Assembly: GCF_021028975.2 (NCBI RefSeq)
Contig: NC_059428.1
Location: 74,958,001-75,022,000, forward strand
DNA: 64,000 nucleotides
Direction: 5' to 3'
Origin: Sphaerodactylus townsendi
Lineage: Eukaryota
The notes beneath the pieces are model-generated. The model was not told the origin of the DNA and did no database searches. It saw only the letters and a program-made list of their open reading frames with translations. Below are positions 19,423 to 33,568 of this stretch, one piece after another. The translations under genes and the position numbers were made by a program. Positions within the stretch are counted from its first letter, which is position 1; each line of letters starts with the position of its first letter.

Positions 19423-19563
19423 GGCCCCTTCCGCACACACAAAATAATGCGTTTTCAAACCACTTTCACAACTGTTTGCAAGTGGATTTTGCTATTCCGC
19501 ACAGCTTCAAAGAGCACTGAAAGCAGTTTGAAAGTGCATTATTCTGCATGTGCGGAATGAGCC
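19423..19563. mobile_element. Palindromic Harbinger-like MITE; further copies at ~62336-62465 and ~62917-63057
   Basis: Long imperfect TIRs GGCCCCTTCCGCAC.../...GTGCGGAATGAGCC. 3-bp TSD ATT here and AAA at the 62917 copy. Confidence 0.75.
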
Positions 19564-22090
19564 ATTGTCTCTAGTCCAGCACAGTCTGTGACGAGACTGC
19601 ATGAAGCACGTGGCAAGGAGGAGGAAATGGCAGATGAAGTTACAATTTTACTTAGATCTTTATTAGGAACAGGATATAGTGTTGCACATACAGCCTTTGA
19701 AGGCTTCTGTGTGCAGTTTTAGCTGTACGGAAGAGTCACCTTTACTTTTACCATCACCCGTACCCCCATAATACTTCTAGCCCCTGATTAAACTTTTGCT
19801 CTTTCAGTCCTGTACTGCAGTTTCTATGGCTCCTGAATGTTAAGGGATTTCAGTCAGAGATCTAGGTATGCTAAAGAGGAGGTTCTGGATGTGCAAATAA
19901 GGAGACCACAACAAACTTTGAGCAATGCGACAAGACCTGCAAAAAGCTCTTTGGCTGAGCATATTTTGGTATGCACAAAATCCTTTGCCTGATCTGCATT
20001 AACTCCTGTTTGAGAAATGCAAGCATATGTGCATATGTGAAGAACATCTGCAAATGTGAAGATCTTTGCAGTGTAAGAAAATTCCCATGCATAGAACTAC
20101 AGTGAGCTTTCATACACTATGCTCCCTACAAAGACCCGAATGCTAATCTGCAATATAAATGTCTCTCTTGCAACTTTTATTCCATGCTGAAGAACAGGCA
20201 GGTGTTAAAGTAGCAATGCATAGGCTTGCAGGTGTTCTAAGCCCTGGATACAAAACACTTTTAATCTTTTGAGGCTCTTTCCGCACAGCAAATGTAAAGC
20301 GGGTTGCAGATGGGATAAATGAACCTGTTGCAGCCCCGGGCCATTTGCATAGCTGGGCATCCCGTGGTTAGCAAGCACATGGAGGTACTTTTTTTTTTCT
20401 TCATTCACCTCCCTCCACTGAGTAGCTACAAAGTCTGGCAGACATGGACTTCCACAGCCATGCTGCCATCCTTATGCCCCTCCGTAGCTATGTAGCAGAG
20501 AGGAGGGGACTGGAGAAAAAAAGGAAGCACTGCCAACTGCCAAATAATGCACTTCCCTGGGGCAGCCGTTTGCTTGGCCACGGCTGCAATCCACATTAAA
20601 ACAAAAGAATCGCAGATAGTACAATTCTTGAAAAAAACCGGGGTGGTGGTGGAACATGGAAGGGACTCACTTTAGGAATGAGATCCATGTGAAGTTCCCC
20701 CACAACTTGGGTTTTATACCATGGTTAGCCCACGTTTATTGGCCCTTGTGGAAGGGGCCTGAGAGATGCATCTTCAGTCTGTGCACTTTTTAAGCCAATT
20801 TCTAGCCCACAAATGTAGAAAATTAAATGAATGCATAGCATATTTCCAGATAGCCCACCTCCAAAGAGCAAAGAATTGACACTGGGAATAAGTCAGTTTA
20901 CCAGCTATTCTGTCACTTATTGGAACAACGTCAATAGAAATCATATGATAATGTGCATACAGTGTTAACAGTGTTGTTGTTTGCTACCAAGTCACAGCTG
21001 ACTTAAGGAAAAACTGGAAGGTTTTCAAGGCAAAAGAGGTTCAGAAATGGTTGTATTATTTGCCACTGTGTCATGACTGTAGTATTCCTTGAAGATCTCA
21101 CATCCAAATATTTGTCAGGGTCAAGGCAGAGAGTGTGTGATTGGGCAAAGGTCACCCAACAAATTTTCATGGCAGAGTGGGAAATCAATCCTGGGTTCCA
21201 AGATTCTAGTCTGAGACTTTAACCACTACACATGCTGGCTCTCAATACTCTCAACAACTATATGTGGGGGACAAGTAAAAAAGTTTAAAAATACTGGGAA
21301 GAGATGCATGCAGAAATTTTAAAAAATTCAATTTGCTTTGGAGGTCGAAACTATGTTATTAGACATATTACCAAAGGATAATACACAAAACTCTGGATAA
21401 CTTTTTCAATATTTGATGACAACAGATAGAGTGGCACTTGAAACAAATGGGAAGATGGAAGAATGTCCCAGCCTAGAGAACTGGAGAAACAAATCAAGGG
21501 AATTTGCAACTCTAATAAGCTCGGTCAATTAAAAAACCTAATCATGAATTCAGTGATAAATGGAAAATGCACTTTTCATATTACAATGTACTTTTCATAT
21601 TAATTATTCATATGTGTAGGTGTTAGTATTGTGATTTATTCAGGAGGATAGAAAAAGTTCATAACTTGATAGATTTTGTTATTTTTTTTGAAAAATTTTT
21701 TAAAATACAATTAAAATTATGATTGGATATCAGTTGAATATTATATGCCCTTATGTCATCATTTGTATAACTTCACTGGCTCTTTCTTTATATTTATATT
21801 AGAATTGTAATTAAGCTAAGTTTCTTTTTCAATTTTTATTCTTTTCTTTGTTGGGTTGGTTTTATAATGTTGTGTGTTTTTATGAAAAAAACTGTTATAA
21901 CCAATATAAAAAGGCAAAACCACATATTCATGCATTGCTAATGTGATGCCTGTTTCTTGGTATTCTTGCTATGCGGCTGTTTCATTAGGAGCCTTTATGA
22001 AGTATTAAGTGGAGTCAGTCTGAGGGAAGGGCTGAACCCAGCAGGGTGTAACTATAAAACATTTCCTTATGAAAAGTGAAGGCACAACTA

Positions 22091-22109
22091 GGTGACTGAA
22101 TTCTGCAGC

Positions 22110-22153
<44 letters not shown>
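22091..22153. repeat. (TTA)n microsatellite
   Basis: Perfect TTA run at ~22111-22153. Confidence 0.9.
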
Positions 22154-25067
22154 GCATCTTCTCAGTTATTCTTTTCTCACAGAAAAAGTGTGATACATTG
22201 GTATGATGAGTGTGGAAAGGGGATACCCGGCTTCACATCTTCAGTCAGCTTCAGAAGTTATCTGGATGACCCTAGGCAAATCAGCCTGATTCACCTTGCA
22301 GACTGACACTTTGAACTCCTTAGAAGAAGGGTGGGATAAAAATACAGAAACCAGCCAGTGATGTCAACCTATTCAGGGCCCATCTAACTGGAGTTTGAAC
22401 CAAGATCTCCAGTGCTGAAACCCTACTGCAAACCACACAGCACCTTGAACTGAGTTAAATTTAGAAAAATTATTAGGGACTGTGGTTTGTACTATTGTTG
22501 TAGTGTAGCTTGTTGAAACTAAGATCCTACTATGGCATTTTGAATCATTTAGATTGTTTCTGCATGGTCCAAATATCTCAGGTTGAGCAAGGGAAATATC
22601 TTCAGTTTGGTCAAGAAGTTTGCACAGTTCCCAGCCCTAAAGCGGGTTTACCTCATCCTGGGATTTTCAAAAATCGCCAATTTGGCGATTCTTTTCAAAA
22701 ATCCCGGGTTGAACCCACTACCGTGCAGACACCATGGGAGCAGAACCAGTTTATTTTCCCACCCAGCCGTCTGATCTCCTCACCTCACCCTCACCCCCTG
22801 ATCTCAGCACCTGAAGTCATGTCAGTTTACAACTCTCCTGAGCCGCCAACCATTACAGCCCACCCTTTCCGAAATGTTCTCCCAAGCATGTTTTCTGCTT
22901 ATAGTATCAACTGGGTGCCATTTCACCTGGGTTAATCAGGAGTGGAGTTCCAAAATGTCCATGTTTTCTTTTCTGTACATGTACTGGTTGCTCGGAGCAC
23001 AAAGCTAGGAAGATGTGCGCTTTGGCCCAAATGTTGGTGGGCATATCACAGCGGGGGAGGAGTCTCTCGTTTCCCACAAAAATATGAGAATGTGAGTGGG
23101 AATGTGATGTGATGCTGTGCCCATTGTTTTTCTGCTGCCATTTGCCATGTTGAGGCCTATGCTGGGCCCTATCCAGAACATTCATTCAAGCTACTGCCCC
23201 AAAACAACAGCCAATCAGAATGCTGTACACCGGGGATGTATGCGCATGTGCGAATACACTTGCAGTGTATCTACAAAAGACTCGGGCTTGTGTGAAAGAA
23301 ACAAGACTATCTCCTCCTGGTCTTCACTTGATTCCTTCACAGAAATGGGCAGCTATGTGAAGGGAGAAATTGGGATAAAATGGACCCCAATTGTAAGATA
23401 CCGATTGTAACCCAGTATAATTGTGCTGTGCAGAATTGTAAGATACCAATTGTAACCCGGTATAATTGTGCTGTGCAGAAATGGCCTTCATGTGACATCT
23501 TAATATGTTTTGCTTCCGTTTTCTTTTTAGACTTCTGGTTAGTTCTGCAACTCTAATCTTATTGCACTGCTTATTGAATGTCCCATTAATCGATTGTACT
23601 GACTCACTCTGTGTAATCTATCTTGAGTCCAAGTGAGAAAGGTAAACTATAAATAACATTTTTTTTAAAAAAGTGTGATGTAATAGAAACATTGAAAGTT
23701 GAACTATTTATATAAAATAACACACTGATTTGTAATGTGTTTACTCTAGCAATGTATTTACTTCTAGCAACAAAACTCTTGCTTACATGCTGTTATATTA
23801 ATGGCATTCCCTGTGTATCCATTCATCAAACCTTGCTTAACCTTACAAGGCAAAAACATAATTGAACAAGACAATCAAATCAAATCAAAAAGCAAATTGA
23901 AAGTTCAAGTCTTCTGGAGACAGTAAACATTTGTGGCACTTGGAAGGAAAATTTGTCAGGTCAGTGTCAATGACTTGAATTAAGTGGCTATGTTTTGTCT
24001 GCATGTTCTTGTCTGGATTCAAAATCTTCTGGTTCCAATCTAGAAGATAATATTGTACACAGTGGAGGCAAACTGGACCCAGGAGAAAACTTTCGGTCTA
24101 TACAAAGCATATTGTCCAGAAAGGATGCCACCTGCATCAGTTGGCAGGCATTCCAATTACCATCATACTTGCTAAACAACCAACAAGTACTGCAACAACT
24201 TGACAGGACTTAGACAAGGCCTTCTGTTAAGGTACTCAGAAGAGACAAATAATTTCATGTAAAACCAACAAATAGCATAAATCTACAATATGCACAGAGT
24301 CAACAAAACAGTCATATGGAGTATGTGACTAGAAGAACATCTTTTTTTGGATCCTGAGGGTACACTGGGATTCGGACACAGTGTGATAGTTGCAGCACAA
24401 AATGGCTGTTATAAGACTAGCCACAAAATGGCTGTTATAGAAGCTAGCCACAAAATGATTGCCACAACTTAATTTCAATAACACAACATAGATCCTTGCG
24501 GTGTGGTTACTGCTACCAAAGCAATGTTTTTAAAAATCTGCCAATCAAATCTTCAATGGTCAATCAGAAGCCTTGCTAGGCCAAAGCACTACCTAATCCC
24601 ACCGAGTTCTTAAAAGAAGAGAAAGAGTTGGTTTTTGTAGGAACTTTTCCCTAAGGAGTCTCAAAGAGACTTGCAATTGCCTTGCCTACCCCCGCACAAT
24701 CCCTTCCTCCCCCTACAACAGGCACTGCATGAGGTGGAGAGAGTTCTGAGAAAACTGTAACTAGCCCAAGGTCCTTCACCAGGTTGCATGTGGATTCATG
24801 AGGAATCAAACCCAGTTCTGCACTTTAGAATTCACTGTCTTAACCACTAAATCACACTGGTTCTCAAACACTTGGTGGATGCCAGAAAAGATGATGGAAG
24901 GTACCACGGTCCATAGGCACCACACTGTGGTCCATAGGCACCACACTGTGGTCCATAGGCACCACACTGGAGACCCTTGGGCTAGATATTCCTACATCAA
25001 CAATATGAGAAAGATCCAAGTGATCTGCAGCTTTAGTGTGGTACCTTCTTGACATCAGACACCTATT

Positions 25068-28000
25068 CTAGGCATTGGAAGAAACACTGTGATGGGCATT
25101 TCCATTCTGGGATTCATTGGCTTTGTAACTGGCCTGTGCATCATTATCAGTATCATCTGGTGATTTCAAGTCTGCCTTCTCCACCGAGTTGCTGGATGTC
25201 GTGGGCTTGCAGATAAAACAAAAAAATTTGAAACACATGAGCAGTCCTTCTGAAATATTAGATGAGAAAAGTTTCTTGCATGGATGACAAAACTGGTAAA
25301 ACACAAGCATAAAAAGAACAGCTATGCAATAGCCAATCAACAGCTGCAAGACCAGCAATGGGGCACACACATACATGTAAACATCAGTCTTATACATATA
25401 CCACATCAACAAGAGAAAAGCATTCTCAAAGAACCTTATTATATAATATAAAGCCAGCCTGTACCAGTTCTGGGATTTGTCAATTAGATCAGAATCGTTT
25501 AGCTTCAGCTGCACAGCAGACCAGCAGAACATGTTGATGCCAGCATACAGAAAAGTGAGAAGACCCAGGACAATGGTGGTGCCTACTTTACTCAAAGCTT
25601 TCTCTATGTTTTCTGGCAAAGAACACTTACTTTGCCAGAAGAGAATCCATGGGTAGAAGAAAAAGGCAAAGACATTGATAAGCACCACAGGAAGGATCCA
25701 GATTTGAAGGACGGAACTGAAGAGGACAAGAACAATAACCCTGGTAGCAATCTCAAAGCTTCGCCAGAGGAAGACGCAGAGGTAGGCAGCAGGTTTCACA
25801 CTGATGTTGTAATCATCATACTTAATCTTAATGGCCAGGATGTTGCAGCGCAGTGCTCCATACACTATCGATAGGAGAGAAAGCACCATGAAGATACCTG
25901 GCAAGAGAAAGAAAGCCATTAGAGCTTTCTGAAAGGAGCCATGCCTTGTATCCAGAGACACATTACAAATAAAGGACTTCTCGTGTACCATTCAATAGCT
26001 AAAATTTAAAGCTCAACCCAACAAACAAAATAAAGCAGTGGTCCTTGGCAACCAATTTCCCTAAAATTATATCCCCATATTAGCAAACACATTACCTAAT
26101 TTTTTTTTTGCATGCCCCCAAATGGTCTGGTGCATCTTTCTGGGGACATACATAGGCCAGGCTGAGAACAACTACCATAAAGGAATCACCCAGCACAGCT
26201 GCCTATTGTCTTTTACCTGTGCAGACAACCCCTGAAAGGTATAAAGCAATGGCAGAAGACTGTCATATCCAACTACTTTAGGACTCAAGAGAAACTCACT
26301 ATAATAATATGCTTTTTACTTATAGTTAAATAAATAGTGGCTTAAGGGGCAAAATAATTGAGCTCACTATTGCAATGAAGTTTTGAATTGTTAGGGATGT
26401 TGACCAGGAGGTGTTTTTCTAAAGTTTGAAGTTTGAAGCCCAAATAGAATGCATTCCCCAAGTTATTATTATTATTATTAGTTAGGAAGAGAACTGTTAA
26501 AAGAGTACCTGCATATTTAATAACCAAAGTCAAGGGAGCCATCAAAAGCAAAAGGCTTATTTTAAAAATAAGGAAGCTCTACCTCAATGGAATAAACAGA
26601 AGGGAGCACAGTCTGGCAAAAGAAATGCTAATGGTATCTGACTTTGGGGTTGTAGTGAACAGCTCAATGAAATGGCAGTGTGTTGCAGCAGTGAAAAAGC
26701 ACACTATGCTGGGGATTATTAGGTAAGGGACTGCGAGGAAAGCCAATATTATAGTGACCAGTACAGATCTATGATATCTCCTCCCTCTCTCAAAACACTA
26801 GAACATCAAGAGCATCCAATGAAATTCATGGCCAATAGCTTCAGAATGCACAAAAAGAAATACTTCATTCAAGGAGTGAATTAAATGTGGAATTCATTGT
26901 CAGAGGATGTGGTGATGGCACAAATTGCTTTAAAAGGGGTTAAGACAAATTCACAGAGCACAGGTCCATCAGTAGCTTCTAGCGATAGTGATCAAAGGGA
27001 ACCTCCACATTCAGAGGCAGTAAACCTCTGAATACCAGTGCCAGAAGATATCATTGGGGAAGGCCTTGGACTCTATGCCCTGTTATTGGTCCCCCAAAGT
27101 AACTGGCTGCTAGTATGTAACAGAGGATGCTGGGGTAGATGGACCACTGGTGTGATCCAGCAGGACTCTTCTTATGTTCTTAATCAATCTAACTTGCCTC
27201 CTCCTCACCACAGGCCAGTTGTCCAACATTGTACAACCCCTTTTGCCAATCTTGCCAATCAGAAAGCTTTTTTTTTTAGTATACCTGGATTTCCCTCCCC
27301 TCCCCAAGCCTGGGACAATCGTACCTTTTATATTCCAATCATTTGCACTTCCTGTCACTGGCACTAGAATTTTTGTCCAAATCATGCTCTGTTTACCTGG
27401 TTTTGCTGTAGTTTACCTGGTCATACTGTAGTTTCAGCTCCTGCTTTGTGCAGCTATTTCAATATACTTTCCCATGGACAAAACTTGTTTGTTTTGGATT
27501 TTGCTTTTGATCTCATTTGAACTATTGCCCAAGATCCAGAAACACATCTTGATACAGGACAGGTAATCTCCTTCCCCAGTCTCTTCCACATCCCCTTCAG
27601 AAATATTCTGCACTGCATGTTTATGGAATGATTACATTTATTGTGGTCATCCTAGCATTCATTTGTGTTTAATGTTATTCTAACTGCTTGAGTGTATTTC
27701 ATATTCTATCCAAGGAATTATCCCTATTCCAATAAACTTCCAGATCTCAGTTATATTCCATAATTACTTAGGCACCTTCAGCCCTAACACTTTGTTACAG
27801 ATCCCTAAAGAGTATGATGGTCTGAGTCCAGATTTATAAACAGGAAAGACCCAACTGGGTATGCATAAGTCAAAGCAAACCAACATCAAAAAATGTAATA
27901 CCTTAGCTACACTCTATAGGAACATCAAACTGGTGGTACAAAATGACAGTACATCTAATATCTACGTAAACATGTACACAATAACAATTATACACAGAAG

Positions 28001-31000
28001 TCTTGCAAGAAGACAATACATATCCAGTAGTGGTGCTCAAACACAAAAACAAATCAGTTCATCAATGAACACAGACAAGCCCCCTAGTATCTGCTCATTT
28101 CATGGAATGAATGATTGTCCACTTCTTCAGTATGGTGTCATCAATCTTGCTTGCTTCTCTATATGATCACATTCCCATTAATAATATCCAAATTCATTAT
28201 AATCTCTTAAAACAAGGAGGTGTCCCATCTGATGCAGACACCTGCTATGAACCCACTGGAGCATAGGAAACAATTATCTTGGATTCTCATTTTTAACCCT
28301 TACTAAAGCAGAAATAGTGAAAAAGACATGTTTATTACATACCTCTAGCCACTGTGATCTCCTGCTGTAGGACACATATATACAGCTGAAGTGTCAGTTG
28401 AGGTGCAGAGCCCAGGAAAGCTTGGATCACTGATGCTCTACTAAATGCAGACCTGTGTGTAAAGAGCTTGCCCTCTGCCTGGCCCACTTCTTTCTCAACT
28501 TCCTCTGAATGACCATCTCTGGGCATCTGCCTTTTCTTGGTAATACTGACATAAGGTTCTTCCACTCTCCCGGCATGAAAATAAATATAAAAAACTTCCG
28601 CACACCTGGAGGAGAAGAAACAGAGAACCAGTTGCAGAAACCAAACTCTTGTGTCCTGATTGTTTTGACTAGCATCTCTGATTAGGCAGAAGTGAGTCTT
28701 TCTAATTGCATGGATGGCGTGCTTCTGCACTCACAGGCTAGTCATCCTTTATGCAAACCAAGAAAGCAGGTACTCAATACATTCATCATCCTGCATGTAA
28801 TAAAAGGCAGTACAAAGACCAAATTTTCCTCAATAGGGCTGCGAGAGGAATGCAGCTGCGAGAGGAAACAATTAGGAGTAGAGTAACTGGGAGGTTCTGT
28901 CTAACGCTTTCTCCTCAGACTTGTCTTCTAGCTACTTTTCCAGGGATGTGTTGCAAAGGTAAAAAATTAGCAAGTGGGAGAAGACATTTATCTCCCTTTA
29001 GTCCCATGTTACAGATGCAGAAGGGGAAGGCTGAAGCTTATAGTAGAGTGCCTAAGGTCACCAACCGAGTTCACAGCAAATGAACTGGGCACTTCCTGAT
29101 GTTCAGTTCAGTTTCACAGGGAGCAATCTTAAGAAGGTCTTCTCAGAATAAAGTCACTGGTTTAGTCTTGGGAAAATGTCCTTAGGCTTACAGCTTTAGC
29201 CACCAGAATACAGCAACTGCCCACGGATAAGAATCTTCTCAAATGGTGAACTGAAATAGATAAATTCCTAACTGCAGTCCTTATATTATTTGCTGCAGCA
29301 AATTTAGGAATCTGCATCTGCCCAGTCCAATGTCTTCAAGCACTTGTCTGTCTTGTTTCCAAAACTGGACTTTCAGCCGTGATATATGGGCCACTAGTTT
29401 CATTATTCAAATAATGTTTTGTTTCTGTTTAAAAGGGAAAGATCAACATAGGCACTAGTGAATGTAATACCTAAATATCAGCCTTATAAATAATATGGCC
29501 ACTTTGATTTCTTTTTGATTCCATGTTGTTATGCTAATCTTATTAATTAATGTATTGATTCATAAAAATTGATACCCTACCTTATACCCACATCTCTAGG
29601 AAGCTTACACAAGTTAAAAACAACAAAAGACCACAATAAAATATCATAAATAAAATATAACAATGAAAACAACAATGAAAATAACAATGAAAACAACAAT
29701 GAAAATAACTGCCCCCACTCCCCTAGGACCAGTAGCTGTACAGCGGGTTTCTAGGGTGGCTAACTAAATGCCTGGGCAAAGAGGAAGGTTTCCACCATGG
29801 GCCTAAGTCCATAAAGGGTAGGTGCATGGCAGATCTCCGAGAGAACTGTCAGAGGGAGAGAGGGAGACGAGGTAGCAGCAGCAGTTGCTGCAGGAGAAGA
29901 GCCCGGCAGAGCCAAGCAGGGCTACTGTACTCTGGCACCAGAAGAGCATGCCTGGCAGCCAATTTCCCCACTAGAGAGAACGGCAAAAAAGAATCCATCG
30001 GGGCCACATGCAGCCAGCCCCTACAATATCAATACGACATTGCAATATCAATCCAGCAAAGAAATATAAATATAATTTAGCAATAATGATATGAAAAATT
30101 AAATTCTTGCAACTACCAGGAGAGACCTGGAAGTGTGGGTAGGCAAGCTGTGCAACACACAGTGGGTCGCCTCTTCACATGTAAACAGAGAAATACAAGG
30201 AGACCCCCACTACAACCCCACTGTAGCCTTGAGGAAAGCGCTTCAAACAGTTACTGGACTTTCCCTTCAGGCTTGTAAAAGCTCCAGGTAGCTTATGTTG
30301 AACAAGAGCCCACACACAGCTGAAGCCTGGCTACCGAGAGACTTGTTCATGTCCTCAGTATAGTAGAATAATCATATGTAATTACACTTATCTCCCTTCC
30401 CACAGAGATAAGTTCTAGGTCTAGGCATGCCATTATATAAGGCATATTGCTTTGCCATAGTTACAGCTACCAGGCAAAGCTGCAAAATGCACTGAACAGA
30501 TGCCCCATATCACACGCGTGGTATATTTCTGTATCTATTTGTGTACAGTCGCCAAACCTATTCATGCTGATAAATTTCTAGCCAAGAAGTAGGAGAAAGG
30601 GCCATCTTGAAAAGTGTACAGCAGAAGGGCTGCCTCTCCCTATCTAAGCAAGTCTTTAGTGTGCCATTTCTGACTTAAGGAGAGAGCCAATCAGTCCTTC
30701 AATCTAGCTCTGCAATCCAGACACATAACTTGAGGGGGGGGGGAGCGAAGGTGGGAGGCCCAGGTGCAACTCATGTGGGTCATGTAGGAGAACATTTGGC
30801 CCACTGGCTGTCCCTCCCTCTCCCCCACCCAGGGAGGAGTTGGGGCAGCCACTACCTGGCTGCAGTTTGTCCAAGCTGGAGGGCAGAAGCAGTGAAACTC
30901 CCCTGGGCCAGTGAAACGGCCAGTCCAAGTCTGGTGCCAGCCTGCCCTCCAAGAAGCGGCACTGCTGACCCAGCGGGGGAGCAGGACTTCCAGCCAGGGT

Positions 31001-32344
31001 ACCTAACACTGCTCTCTGAGCTGCCCATCCAGCCCCCTGTGAAGGAACGAAGGCGAATGAGGGTGTGCCCTGGCAGCTGGTGGCAGCTGGCTGAGGTGAA
31101 GGCAGGAAGTGGCGGAGGCTGGGCACCTGGGATACCTCCGGACAGTGGCAAAGCCTCACTGCTAATGCCAGTGACCGTGCCACCTCTTTCAATGCATCTC
31201 ACAGCCAGCCTCCACTTGGGTTGCTGCTGCTACTGTTGGCTGCCTGACTCTCCCTGGGTTAGGATGCGCCCTGCTGGGGCCAGACACAGTAGTGAGCCTG
31301 GAACTCACTCTGCCTTGCCACCAACAACCACCATCAGAAACAACAGGCAGATCCAGAAGCTGGGGACAGCAATGTAATACTCTGGGGGAAAACTGAACGT
31401 ATCACCCGTCCCAATGCCTTTCCCCCAATTTCTCAGGCAGAAAGATTTGAGGGAAACTTCTTTACGTAAAATGCTTCTTAATGTTACTCAGTGAGTTTCT
31501 CTGGCTAAGTCGGCACTCCTACTTCCCAGTCCTATTCTATACCACACTGGCTCTCCAAAACATTCAATCCTAACAAGCTGTTGAGCTAATTTTTGTTGCT
31601 TTATCCAGTTGAGAAAATGCCAGTTGCATACAAGTGAATCCATGAAGAAAATATTTTGCATTCTTTCTTTCTTGATTTAGCTCTGTTGTTGCTGTTGTTA
31701 ATAAAGAGGACAACAAGTTGTGCCAGTATATAGGAGACCCAGTTTCAAATTCTCACACTGCCACGAAGGATTGGTGTGAAGGTAAAAATGGGACAGGGAG
31801 AACTGGGTCTGCAACCCTGAGCTCCTTGTATTTTTGAGCTGATATTATGGTGCCTACCTAAAAGGTGGGTGTCAGATGTTGGGGGAGGGGAGCAATTTGA
31901 GAGCTTGCCCCAGACACCCCTTTTTTTAGATACACCCCTGCTGGCATCCAAAAGGCGTGCCATCCATTCTACTCGGGGTGGGGAGGGGTGTTTGTTGATC
32001 ATACCCTCCCCCCCTAGGATCTGTGGTCAGTCCCGCCAGCCCCGCCCCGCTCGCCTTGTGGTCCTCCGGGATGCTCCCGGGCTCGGCCGAGGCTCCCACC
32101 TGACAATCGGTCCCAGCTGCAGGATGTGGAGCAGCAGCACGAGCGGCCTGTCTCTGCTGAGGTCGCGGTGGATGAAGACCAGGCTGCACTGGACCAGGGC
32201 GCAGGGCAGCAGGGCGAAGAGCAGCGTCAGCGACTGCCAGATGCGATCCCCTGCCGAGCGGTACGTGCTGCTCAGGTACAGGGCGGCCACCGTCTCGGCC
32301 ACAAAGAGGAACAGCGAGACCAGGACCGAACCCGGGAATTTCAT
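25068..32344 (-). CDS. XK: XK membrane protein (Kell-associated scramblase family); exons 32344-32100, 28605-28343, 25897-25068; 445 aa
   Basis: [18 protein letters not shown]..., [18 protein letters not shown] and [18 protein letters not shown] junctions; exon sizes 245/263/830 sum to 1338 nt. Adjacent to LANCL3, as in other amniotes. Confidence 0.97.
26600..27182 (+). mobile_element. Degraded CR1 LINE 3' fragment in XK intron 2
   Basis: Resembles the CR1 3' end at 42200-42986 (ATGCTGGGGATTATTAGG, GATGTGGTGATGGC, tail TTCTTATGTTCTT). Confidence 0.7.
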
Positions 32345-32700
32345 CGCCCCGGACAGCCCAGGCTGGCCTCGCGCCGGCCGCCCACCGCTCAGCTCAGCGG
32401 GCTGCGGGGCAGGGCTGGCCGCGCACCGGCGCCCATCGCTCGCCTCTGTCGGAAGGCGAAGACAACCGAGAGGCCACGGCAGAAGAACTGGCGGAAGACG
32501 CCCGCTAGGGGGCAGGCGAGGGATAGCTGTGCTCCAGCCACCGATAGGCTCTTCCGAGATTTCCCGGAGGGGGGGGGGGGGTGTTCTGGCAGGCGCCTGG
32601 GGCTAATTGCGAGGATTGGTCGGATCGCCCAGTGGTTGGATGACGAAGGAGCAACAGGAACACAAGGGCCGGGGCGCCAGGCGCGTGCTCATTGCGTCTT
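31980..32700 (-). promoter_or_regulatory. CpG island / promoter of XK
   Basis: GC- and CpG-rich stretch spanning XK exon 1 and upstream, with CCAAT-like elements. Confidence 0.7.
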
Positions 32701-33030
32701 TCAGGTCCAGATGCATGAGGAGTGGTTCTGTGGACGTCCAGTGCGAGGACTGCAACTCACATGCCAGCGGGTAAAATGTCTCCACTTCTTCCAAGTGTGA
32801 GCCTAGTTGAAATTAAACCGCTAAGCGTATCCCGTGTTAATTTGCAAAAGGGCCAGAAGAACTTGCTGTTGTGACAACTGGTCCTCCTTGCCACCTTTGG
32901 CAAAGACTCCTCACCTCGGACAGGCAGACGTTTAATTGATACTACTGGCTATTGTTTCTGCTATAGTGATAAAAAGCTGCAGATGTTGCATTTCTGAACT
33001 AATTCTACTAATCTAATTTTTGTTTGGGGG

Positions 33031-33034
<4 letters not shown>

Positions 33035-33072
<38 letters not shown>
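33035..33072. repeat. (GA)n microsatellite
   Basis: Perfect dinucleotide run. Confidence 0.9.
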
Positions 33073-33074
<2 letters not shown>

Positions 33075-33179
33075 TGTGCCAGAAATTTTGAGTTGTCTGG
33101 GAGAAGGCAAGATAAATGTCTCTGGTGAAGACTATTTCAGTTTATGTTGCACATAATCCCAAGCATATATACTCAGATG

Positions 33180-33568
33180 CAGAGGTGGGATCCAGCAGGT
33201 TCTCACAGGTTCCCGAGAGTAGGTTACTAATTATTTGCGCGAGCCGAGAGGGGGTTACTAATTGGTGATTTTGCCACATGATTTTTGCCTTAGTTACGCC
33301 CCTCCTCTCAGCAGTAGCACGCAGAACTTGAAGCAGTCTAGCAGGAGGTGCACCGACGTGTGGCAGCCTGCGCCTGCGTGCATTCGTTTCCTGCCCAAGG
33401 ACTGGCGCAGCGGCTGCGTCCTTGCCACAGCCCCGCCCAGGAATGCCCCGCCCCCGGAATGCCCGGCCACATCCCCGTCGTGCCCCAGCCAGCCCATTGG
33501 AGCTACTCCACAGTTTGAATCCCACCACCATGGGAACCTGTTACTAAAATTTTTGGATCCCACCACTG
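33180..33568. mobile_element. Non-autonomous hAT transposon
   Basis: TIRs CAGAGGTGGGATCC / GGATCCCACCACTG. Perfect 8-bp TSD CTCAGATG (33172-33179, 33569-33576). Confidence 0.9.

Noticed and set aside
24907-24970. CRISPR-like repeat array
   Set aside because: The repeats are contiguous with no spacers, in a vertebrate genome; this is a minisatellite.
30704-31377. Overlapping 116-215 aa ORFs in XK intron 1
   Set aside because: GC-rich, low-information translations with no domain signature; probably a degraded repeat.
31869-32800. 245-aa and 224-aa + strand ORFs
   Set aside because: They are antisense to XK exon 1 within a CpG island, where stop codons are scarce.
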